This document shows, piece after piece, positions 55,479-64,000 of a stretch of 64,000 bases of DNA. Every line of letters begins with the position of its first letter. Position 1 is the stretch's first letter. Source of the stretch: Octopus vulgaris (Eukaryota); contig OX597838.1 of assembly GCA_951406725.2 (NCBI GenBank), forward strand, positions 27,838,001-27,902,000, written 5' to 3'. The notes beneath the pieces were generated by a model. The model did no database searches. It had not been told where the DNA came from and was given only the letters and a program-made list of their open reading frames with translations. The position numbers and the translations under genes are program-made.

Positions 55479-55834
55479 CACACAAAACGGGCTTCTTTCA
55501 GTTTCTATCTAACAAATCAACTCACAAGGCTTTAGTCGGTCCGGGGCTATAGTAGACACTTGCCTAAGGTGCCATGCAGTGGGGCTGAACCCGGAACCAT
55601 GTGGTTGGGAAAGCAAGCTTCTTTATTTCATTTAATTTGCCACAAGTGCAGCACACAGAGAGAAGCTTGTGGGCTGGACATGGACAAGATGAGATGAAAT
55701 GAAACAAAATGATATGGATGAGAGGGATGTCGGTGCCAACCGACCGACAAACCCTCGAGGAAAGCAAGCTTCTTACCAGACAACCACTTATATATATATA
55801 TATATAATATATGTGTATGTATTTGTGTGTGTGC

Positions 55835-55876
<42 letters not shown>

Positions 55877-57226
55877 CGACGGCGACGGTGGTGTTTTATC
55901 GCGTGTCCAATAATTTATTTGGTTTCTTCTTGACCACTTCTTCCCCTCTGTCTGTGTTTATGCCTCTGATGGCTAATGAGGTTGATTCTTGCATGGATGC
56001 ATCTGTTGCAAAGTCCACAAGGGATCCGTGGTGGAGGCCACGGTTGTTGCAGCCACCATATTCTCTCTTGTCGTTTCTCTTCTTCTATATACTCTTACTC
56101 TTTACTCTTTTACTTGTTTCAGTCATTTGACTGCGGCCATGCTGGAGCACCGCTTTTAGTCGAGCAAATCGACCCCGGGACTTATTCTTTGTAAGCCCAG
56201 TACTTATTCTATCGGTTTCTTTTGCCGAACCGCTAAGTAACGGGGACGTAAACACACCAGCATCGGTTGTCAAGCAATGCTAGGGGGACAAACACAGACA
56301 CACAAACATATACACATACATACAAATATATATATACATATATACTCCGTCTACCAAATCCACTCACAAGGCATTGGTCGGCCCGGGGCTATAGCAGAAG
56401 ACACTTGCCCAAGATGCCACGCAGTGGGACTGAACCCAGAACCATGTGGTTGGTAAGCAAGCTACTTACCACACAGCCACTCCTGCGCCTTATATATATA
56501 TGCCAATTTGTTTACTTGTTTTAAACGCCAGCTTAATAATGACAAAGTTATTTTACTAAATTCTTCGTTACTTTCATAACTTATTGCAACAGAGGCATAG
56601 TCTTTCGACAGAAATACGGTAACAAAAAGGGTTAAAAGTGAAAAGAGCAGTCAAACTTACAAAGTGTTTTATATGGTCCTCAGGATCATAGTCCTTGATA
56701 TTCAACACTTCTACTTGAACACCCTGCTGCTCAGCATTTTGAGCAAGGCTTTCAGCCAAAATCTACAAAGAATAACAATTGAACTTCTTAATAATATCAT
56801 GAAAAATGTATTTTAAGAAAATTAAAATTAAATACATATATCTATGCAAAAAAGAGAAAAGTAAAAAGATATTGACAGAAATCTGAGCTAGATGCAAATT
56901 TTACATACCTTTCCAAAATAACAGTTATGATTGTAAAACAAGAAGTAGGCATGGCTGTATAGTAAGACGTTGGCTTCCCAACCACATGGTTCCAGGTTCA
57001 ATCCCATTGCATTGCACCATGGGCAAGTGTCTTCTACTATAACCTCAGGCTGACCAAAGCCTTATGAATGGACACAGTAAATGGAAACTGGAAGAAGCCC
57101 ATTATATATATATATTGGCCTGCTCACTTAGCCAGCGGGGTGGCATCATTCGAAGGCTAAAACAATGTGAACACATTGTGACCAGCGATGTGTAACAACA
57201 TCTGATGGTCTGGTTGGTCACGTGAT

Positions 57227-57269
<43 letters not shown>

Positions 57270-60200
57270 CATACATACATATATATATCATCATCATTTA
57301 ACGTCTGCTTTCCATACTGGTATAAGTTAGATGGTTTCAAATTTTGCCACAAGGGCAGCAATTTTGGGGGACGGCAGATAGACGATTACATCAACCCCGA
57401 ATGGATGAAAGACGAGGTCGATCTCAGCAGAATTTGAACTCAGAGCATAGTGGCAGGTGAAATACCGCTAAGCATTGTGTTAAGTGTGCTAACGATTCTG
57501 TCAACTCACCACTTTAACAATAACAGCAGCAGTAGCAGCAACAGCAACAACAACACCAATCCTGTCTACTATAAGCACAAAGCCTGAAATTTGAGAGGGA
57601 GGGGCTAAGTCAATTACATCGACCCCAGTACTCAACTGGTACTTATTTCTTCGACCCTGAAAGGATGAAAGGCAAAGTCAACCTCGGTGGAACTTGAGTA
57701 ATAATCATCATCATCATCATCGTTCAGCGTCAGCTTTCCATGCTAGCATGGGTTGGACGGTTCAACTGGGGTCTGGGAAGCCAGAAGGCTGCACCAGGCC
57801 CAGTCTGATCTAGCAATGTTTCTACAGCTGGATGCCCTTCCTAACGCCAACCACTCCGTGAGTGTAGTGGGTGCTTTTCACGTGCCACCGTCACAGGTGC
57901 CAGACGAGGCTGGCAAACGGCCACGATCGGATGGTGCTTTTCACGTGCCACCTGCACGGTGCTTTTTAATAATGTAAGCTGCTTAATACATTACCTTTGA
58001 ATGTCCAGTTTGAGATCCATAGAGAATGTGTAACGATCTCTTCCATTCTTTAACCTCGGTTTTGCAATCTTTGGAAACAGTTTTTTCCACGGATTCTTTA
58101 ACCTCCGCAACCTGGGAATATAAAAATAAAGAGTCAACCTGCTTGTTTGTCTAGAAACAGCAGCCAAATCTCACTTAAATCATGTATTACTGTCTTGAAT
58201 AAAGAAAGGACACACCAGACATTGGAAATTAATCTCTGGTACCCCTAAATAGATAGGATGGTCATGGCCAGAATGTCTTTGACTATAGGTCTATTCAATA
58301 AGATACTGACCTGTGGTTAAACAACAACAATATCAATGTTCCAATCAATTACAGACTTCAGTTCTAAACCGTATTGAACATTGATCTGTCTTTGCACGGT
58401 TCCAATACATTGGCCTTTGAGAAGTAACTAGCAACCTCACTCAATACCTATCCATTTCAGGGGAAAAGGAGGTGATGGATGGTTCACTCCTAGATTTTAC
58501 TTACCCGTATGCATACATGTGAGTGAGCTCATATTTCTCTTTGTCTTTACACGTGTTGGCTGACTATAAACAAACAACAGCTGCACTAAAAATACAAAAG
58601 CATGTCCAGCCTTCTCAACATGTCTTAAATGCATTGTGCTTTGTAAACAAAACAGCCAGTCCCGACGGTGGTGTTTGTTGCCAGTTCACAGCATAAACAT
58701 GTTTTGTTTGTTCCTTCTCAAGCTATGCCTGGCTCATAAGGGCCGGTTTCCCAATTTCCTTGGCGTATAAGTTCCCCACCTGGACAGGACGCCGGCCCAT
58801 CGCAAGTGAGCTGCAAGAGGAAAGAGTGAGAGAAAGTTGTGGCGAAAGAATCAGCAGAAGTTCGCCATTACCTTCTGCCAGAGCCGTGTGGATCTTAGGT
58901 GTTTCGCTCATAAACACACACATCGCCCGCGTCTGAGATTCAAACCTACGATCCCTCGACCGCGAGTCCGCTGCTCTAACCACTAGGCCATGTGCCTCCA
59001 CCATAAACATGTGTACCAGTGCATGCATTTTTTATTATTGGCATAATGAACCTCCCAAGATGCAACATCTATATCTATAAAAGGCAGGATGTGTGTGTGT
59101 GTATGTACGTAGATGTACTTTATGCATGTCCACAAATTAGCTTGCATGTCGCTCCAATTTTAGGAGGACATTGGTCACGACCATAGCTGTGCTTTTGTCA
59201 ACTTATTTTTCTCTAGGCACCCCCGGATAGCAGTAAAAATAGCTTTTCAACCATAACTTTTACCAATTTTCATGTTGGTGAAATCTGTAAGTTTGCTAAC
59301 ATGAGTTAAGTCCCTTGTCTTATAGATTAATTCACCCTACTACAATGCCTCCGAAAAAAATTAGATTTGGACTACCTAAGCAATCTCAGCATAGGAAAAT
59401 AGAAAGAGCTGAAGAGACTGACTATCAGTAGACCCATTAGTAAAATATTATAATTTTTGGGGCCAAAACCTGGCAATAAAAGCTTGTGGATATTCCGCTA
59501 CAAAACATTCAATAATATCAAAGCAGTAACTTTCATAAAATCAGGGTATAATTTTTGAAGGCTCTTTCTGAACCCTGTCAACGATGAGTATTTCTGCTAC
59601 TATATTATACAGGATGACCCCCCCCCCAAAAAAAAAACAGAACCCATAAAAATTTTATTAAATCCTACAAACATCCAGCAAATTTCAAGAAATTTTCTGG
59701 ACTTAGATTTCGGTCTGTGTACGATCATTACCTTTGCATAAAATTCATGTTCTTTTCAAAATTTGCCCCAAATGGCGTATGTCACGCAAAATTGTCAATT
59801 ACTCAAACACATTCCTCTCTGGGGATTTCCCTGATTTCTGCTGTGATCGCCACCTTTTGTTCACCAATCGTTTGATGCAGAGGGAGGATAGATCGAGATG
59901 AACAGTGGTTCTAGCAAGACGGGGCTAACCCCCTATACATCAAATGACTCCCTAACCTGGCTGAGGGAGCAATTTCAGGAGAGACTGATCAGCAGAAAGC
60001 ATAATATTGAGTGGGCACTGCATTCACCAGACTTGAACACCCCCCTCCCAGATTTTTATCTGTAGGGGTATCTCAAGGATAATATTTACCAGAACAACCC
60101 TCAAACGACTGGTGAACTCCAACCAGGCCTTTCATCATACCCTGAAAGCCAGGAACTTTTCAGCGCCCCCTCGTGTATATATAATACATACATACATATA

Positions 60201-60935
60201 TAATACATATACAAGGGAGTGCTGAAAAATTTGGGTAAAAGAAAATACAGCAGGATCATTTTAATTATGATTTTATTCAACATATTCCCCCCTCTCATAT
60301 TCACACACTTATTGCAGCAGCCCTTCAGTTTTTCTAAGCCCTGTAAAAGATCTTGGAATGTTGGGCCTCCAATCAGGTCTTTCATGATACCCTTAACCCT
60401 TTAGTGTTTAAACCGGCCATATCCGGCCCAAATATTCTAAATGTTTTATATTCAAATTGGCCATATCTAGCCTCTCACACCTAACCTACAGTGACATTCT
60501 AAAAATAAACAATCACATCATTGAAACCTCAAAGCTATAACACAATGCATGATTAATTCAAAACAATTTAAGTGAAAAAGTATTACATTTAATAGAGAAA
60601 TTTGAACACCAAAGGGTTAAAGCCAAGAACTTTTCAGCACTCCCTTGTATTATTAGAAATTGTATAAAAAATTTTTTAATATTTGATTTGTTGTAGAACC
60701 AAAGCCAATTTATTGCACACAGATTTTAAGCACAAAATCTTATATGGACCCCCAAGAGTCATAGAAAACCCCAGCTGAGGACTACCGATGTATATGAATC
60801 TCACTTTACCTTGGTTTTGGTTTGCTTCATCCAAAATCTGCTGAGATAAGTGAATGAAATGACTGCCAGAAGCAAAAGCCAGACTGGCAGACGTAGGTAT
60901 TCAGATACCTCATACTGTAACAGTTCTTCCAACAT
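36916..60935 (-). CDS. TYW1: tRNA wybutosine-synthesizing protein 1 (S-adenosyl-L-methionine-dependent tRNA 4-demethylwyosine synthase); whole gene span, 14 coding exons, ~713 aa
   Basis: Exons join in phase with GT-AG introns (2142 nt total). Flavodoxin motif ILYGSQTG, radical SAM CxxxCxxC (CANKCVFC), [39 protein letters not shown]-terminal ISGC as in vertebrate TYW1. Confidence 0.96.
38565..38732 (-). CDS. TYW1: TYW1 coding exon 13 (GVTYCG...[16 protein letters not shown])
   Basis: 168 nt, cag/gtaagt, wyosine-formation domain motifs. Confidence 0.96.
39567..39813 (-). CDS. TYW1: TYW1 coding exon 12 ([14 protein letters not shown]...[10 protein letters not shown]...PDFIEVK)
   Basis: 247 nt, phase 2-0, cag/gtaagg. 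Confidence 0.96.
41821..41998 (-). CDS. TYW1: TYW1 coding exon 11 (GVPGV...[14 protein letters not shown]...FLVTNAQFP)
   Basis: 178 nt, phase 1-2, aag/gtaagg. Confidence 0.96.
43019..43128 (-). CDS. TYW1: TYW1 coding exon 10 ([12 protein letters not shown]...MIKQFR)
   Basis: 110 nt, phase 2-1, cag/gtaaga. Confidence 0.96.
43295..43675 (-). mobile_element. tRNA-derived SINE family 4 (others ~21100-21325, 58724-59000)
   Basis: Head TGGCCCAGTGGTTAGGGCAGCGGACTCGCGG...GGTTTCGATTCCC. Confidence 0.75.
43965..44083 (-). CDS. TYW1: TYW1 coding exon 9 ([40 protein letters not shown])
   Basis: 119 nt, radical SAM CxxxCxxC, cag/gtaagt. Confidence 0.97.
45091..45438 (-). mobile_element. Non-autonomous Helitron-like element
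   Basis: Minus strand TCTCTCTATATATAAA start; terminal hairpin and CTAG at 45091. Confidence 0.6.
46042..46203 (-). CDS. TYW1: TYW1 coding exon 8 (...[20 protein letters not shown])
   Basis: 162 nt, cag/gtatgt, highly conserved TYW1 motif. Confidence 0.95.
48039..48450. mobile_element. Second copy of the same MITE
   Basis: Same TIRs; TSD TTGTATCG/TTATATCG. Confidence 0.85.
48526..48669 (-). CDS. TYW1: TYW1 coding exon 7 (acidic linker, ...[19 protein letters not shown])
   Basis: 144 nt, tag/gtaagt, conserved DLEDLG. Confidence 0.92.
49150..49657 (+). mobile_element. Non-autonomous Helitron-like element
   Basis: A|TC...hairpin...CTAG|T canonical Helitron boundaries. Confidence 0.8.
50241..50715 (+). 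mobile_element. CR1-clade LINE 3' fragment with (TAAC)n tail, in a TYW1 intron
   Basis: LSYEERL...[12 protein letters not shown]...LRGHSEKL...[13 protein letters not shown] typical of the CR1 ORF2 C-terminus; microsatellite tail. Confidence 0.9.
50899..51056 (-). CDS. TYW1: TYW1 coding exon 6 ([14 protein letters not shown]...[11 protein letters not shown]...NQE)
   Basis: 158 nt, cag/gtttgt, phase 1-0. Confidence 0.88.
52347..52477. mobile_element. Tc1/mariner MITE enclosing a SINE fragment
   Basis: ~28-bp TIR CAGGGTGTCCCAAAAAAATGTATACACA, TA TSD. Confidence 0.75.
52728..52827 (-). CDS. TYW1: TYW1 coding exon 5 ([26 protein letters not shown]...)
   Basis: 100 nt, tag/gtgagt, phase 0-1; the reading frame differs from the supplied ORF. 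Confidence 0.92.
53300..53680 (-). mobile_element. RTE LINE 3' end interrupted by a SINE fragment
   Basis: GRPRKTWRR motif and GHVLR motif on the minus strand. Confidence 0.65.
53833..54027 (-). CDS. TYW1: TYW1 coding exon 4 ([14 protein letters not shown]...[17 protein letters not shown])
   Basis: 195 nt, cag/gtgagt, flavodoxin core motifs. Confidence 0.93.
56661..56762 (-). CDS. TYW1: TYW1 coding exon 3 (ILAESLAQ...[12 protein letters not shown])
   Basis: 102 nt, tag/gtaagt, phase 0-0, YDPED motif. Confidence 0.92.
57995..58111 (-). CDS. TYW1: TYW1 coding exon 2 (VAEVKES...[13 protein letters not shown])
   Basis: 117 nt, cag/gt boundaries, flavodoxin FMN phosphate-binding loop YGSQTG. 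Confidence 0.92.
59068..59600 (+). mobile_element. Degenerate Helitron-like element
   Basis: TCTATATCTATAAA start; decayed hairpin and CTGCTAC end. Confidence 0.5.
59609..60110 (+). mobile_element. Tc1/mariner-type element remnant
   Basis: TA-CAGGATGA terminus; [10 protein letters not shown]...[12 protein letters not shown] resembles the WPPRSPDL motif. Confidence 0.7.
60212..60647. mobile_element. Mariner-type MITE with a nested piggyBac-like MITE (60397-60616, TTAA TSD)
   Basis: The empty TTAA site is visible in the 8275-8498 copy; nested element has CCCTT...AAGGG ends. Confidence 0.8.
60810..60935 (-). CDS. TYW1: TYW1 coding exon 1 ([42 protein letters not shown]), hydrophobic N-terminal segment
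   Basis: Acceptor tcttcttcag at 60949-50, ATG at 60935, donor AAG|gtaaag, phase 0; the upstream non-coding or short exon was not located. Confidence 0.75.
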
Positions 60936-61235
60936 AACACAAACCAATCTGAAGAAGAGAAAACAAAGTCAGCCTCAGTTAAATCATTCAGGGATATCGG
61001 ATGAGATGAGAGAAGTGAGAAAAGGGACATGCAGACATATCTATTAGGAGGGGAATTAAAGTACAGCCATATCTGTTAATCGGGTGGTATTGGAGGGTTA
61101 CATTTATCTGTCAGTACACATAGCTATCAGTGGGGTACCAGAGATGAATGTATGTATGTATGTGTGTATATGTGTGTGTGTATATATATATTATTTATAT
61201 GTGTGTGTGTGTGTATGTATATATATATATATATA

Positions 61236-61270
<35 letters not shown>

Positions 61271-61877
61271 GCGTCATGCGTCTATATATATATATAAAAA
61301 TGATTTTTTTGTGGCCGTTGCCAGTACCGCCTGACTGGCCCCTGTGCCGGTGGCATGTAAAAAGCACCCACTACATTCTCGGAGTGGTTGGCGTTAGGAA
61401 GGGCATCCAGCTTTAGAAGCTCTGCCAGAGCAAGATTGGAGCCTGGTGCAGCCATCAGGTTCGCCAGTCCTCAGTCAAATCGTCCAACCCATGCTAGCAT
61501 GGAAGGTGGACGTTAAACAATGACGATAATATATATATTTATTATTTGTTTCAGTCATTAGACTGCAGCCATGTTGGAGCACTGCCTTGAAGGGTTCCAA
61601 TTGAAAGAATCAACCCTAGTACCTATTTTTTTCCAAGCCTAGTACTTATTCAATTGGCCCCTTTTTTGTCAAACCGCTATGTCATGGGGAAGTAAACAAA
61701 CCAACATCGGCTGTAAAGCAGTGAGGGGAACAAACACAAAGAATCATACTCATAGGTGTATATATATATATACAAATACATATATACATAAATACACACA
61801 CACATTATATATATATATATATATATATATAAATATATGCATATATACATACTTATATGTACATACCAACATATATA

Positions 61878-61921
<44 letters not shown>

Positions 61922-62533
61922 TATATGGGTACAGGACATCAAAAAGACATGAAAAAAAAGAGAAACAAAACCATAAAAAAGACACAGAAACAAACTTTTT
62001 TCTAACAATGAAAGAAACAAACAGAGAAACAAGACAGGCAACATAAAGAACATTCCCTTCATCAGTTGTCCCCTGTTTTATCTACTCCATGTTTCAAAGG
62101 TAGAGACAAGACGCATGCATGACAGGTATCTTCCAGTTTCTTATTTCTTTATTGCCCACAAGGGGCTGAACATAGAGGAGACAAACAAGGACAGACAAAG
62201 TGATTAAGTCGATTACATCGACCCCAAAAGGATGAAAGGCAAAGTCGACCGTGGCGGAATTTGAACTAGGAATGTAAAGGCAGACGAAATACAGCTAAGC
62301 ATTTCGTCCGGCATGCTAATGTTTCTGCCAGGTCACCGCCTTCCTTCAGTTTCTGCCTACCAAATCTACTCACAAGGCTATTGTATAAGACACTTGGCCA
62401 AGGTACTAAACAGTGAGATAGAACCTGGAACCATGTGGTTGTGAAACACCAGCTATGTTATCTATTACACACACACACATTATATGTATGATGCATAATA
62501 TATGTATTATATATATCAGGAAAGTAGTAGAGG

Positions 62534-62567
<34 letters not shown>

Positions 62568-62876
62568 CACGGAGATGCACTTGCATAGCAAGTGATTTGA
62601 TCTGAGATTGTGTGCTGGAACGAAAACGATTGCAGCGTGGAAGGTGTTTGTAAGCCATTTAAGAAACACACAAAAGCCGCTCGATTCACTTCAACATTTA
62701 AGTTTAATTTGTCAAAATATTTTCGTCGCTTTAAGACCGCGACCTGTTCACTGACAAAAATCCGTGCTGCATCTATATATATATATATATATAATATGAA
62801 TTAGAGATAAAACCACTATTATGCAACTCAAACAATGATAGACATAAACCAATACATAAATAACAAATAATATATA

Positions 62877-62914
<38 letters not shown>

Positions 62915-62915
<1 letters not shown>

Positions 62916-63295
62916 TGGCCTCCGTGCTGAGGGCACGTAACAAACACCATCCGAGCGTGGCCATTCGCCAGCCTCGTCTGGCACCTGTGTCGGTGACACA
63001 TAAGAAAACACCATCCGAGCATGGCCGTCTGCCAGCCTCGTCTGGCACCTGTGTCGGTGGCACATAAAAAACACCATCCGAGCGTGGCCGTCTGCCAGCC
63101 TCGTCTGGCACCTGTGTCGGTGGCACATAAAATCACCCACTACACTCTCGGAGTGGTTGGCGTTAGGAAGGGCATCCAGCTGTAGAAACACTGCCAGAGC
63201 TGACTGGCCTGGTGCAGCCTTCGGGCTTGCCAGACCCCAGTTGAACCGTCCAACCCATGCTAGCATGGAAAGCGGACGTTAAACGATGATGATGA
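62915..63295 (+). mobile_element. SINE family 3 with (GAT)n tail (others ~1374-1790, 38098-38262, 38870-39412, 42533-42710, 46965-47192, 47604-47962, 52903-53172, 57704-57965, 61310-61528)
   Basis: GGTTGGCGTTAGGAAGGGCATCCAGC domain, internal ~60-bp tandem units, GGACGTTAAAC(GAT)n tail. Confidence 0.85.
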
Positions 63296-64000
63296 TATAT
63301 ATAATATGAATTAGAGATAAAACCACTATTATGCAACTCAAACAGTGATAGACATAAACCAATACATAAATAACAAATAATATATATAATACTATATATA
63401 TAATAGATATGTATATTGTTGGGGTGGTAGAGTCATAGCTATATCTATTAATAGAAAAGCATTGGGAATACATCAGCTCCATTAATTTCATTAGTGCCAA
63501 GCCAACAAGTGCATCTCTTTGATTTGTATAATAGGAAAAAAAATATCATTTTCAATCTTCTGATCTATTCATTGTAACCGATGAGATTGGCCCAGATGTT
63601 TGCAATAGTAATGAACTCTTCTAAAGCCAACCAAGGGCCAGGTGGTGAATGTGAAGCTTCCCAACCACATGGCTTCAGGTTCAGTCCCACTGTGTGGCGA
63701 CTTAAACGCACGTCTTCTATTATAGCCCTCGGCTGACCCCCCAAGTTTTGTAAGTGGATTTTAGTGGATGGAAACTGCAAGAAGTCCAGCATGGATGTGT
63801 CTTTGTGTTTGTCTCCCACCAGTGCTTGACAACCCGTGTTGGTTTGTTTACATCCCCGTAATTTAGCAGTTCTGCAAAAAGAGTACCAGGCTTTAAAAAA
63901 AAGTACTGCTGTCAATTTGTTCAAACAAAACCCTTCAAGGAAGTGCCTCAGCATGGCCACAGTCAAATGAGTGAAACAAGTAAAAGTCAAAGGCTTTGGT

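Noticed and set aside
62045-62100. CTGATGA and GAAAC on the minus strand suggesting a type II hammerhead
   Set aside because: Stems I and III do not pair convincingly; at best a decayed remnant.
62930-63140. Regularly spaced ~60-bp repeats superficially like a CRISPR array
   Set aside because: Units are tandem duplicates inside a SINE, with no unique spacers and no cas genes, in eukaryotic DNA.

Overview
AT-rich, microsatellite- and repeat-dense eukaryotic genomic DNA. The SINE/MITE content looks like an octopus (coleoid cephalopod) genome; this is an inference. Three spliced genes can be assembled by hand with GT-AG introns and consistent phases. (1) A complete 14-coding-exon TYW1 (flavodoxin + radical SAM wybutosine synthesis enzyme, ~713 aa) on the minus strand, 60935->36916. 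(2) An uncharacterised 3-exon gene 'A' on the minus strand, 13092->10128 (~182 aa). (3) An uncharacterised 4-exon gene 'B' on the plus strand, 20879->33131 (~176 aa). A and B are head-to-head, share exon phases and short W/K/D/F motifs (possible ancient paralogs), and flank a region with RFX X-box, forkhead and CRE-like motifs, suggesting a co-regulated cilia/sperm gene pair. The rest is SINEs (at least five families), RTE and CR1 LINE fragments, Tigger and mariner fragments, Helitron-like elements, MITEs (piggyBac, mariner, hAT, Merlin-like), long palindromes, and Penelope-like repeats carrying minimal hammerhead-ribozyme-like motifs. Most ORFs in the supplied track are microsatellite or repeat artefacts.
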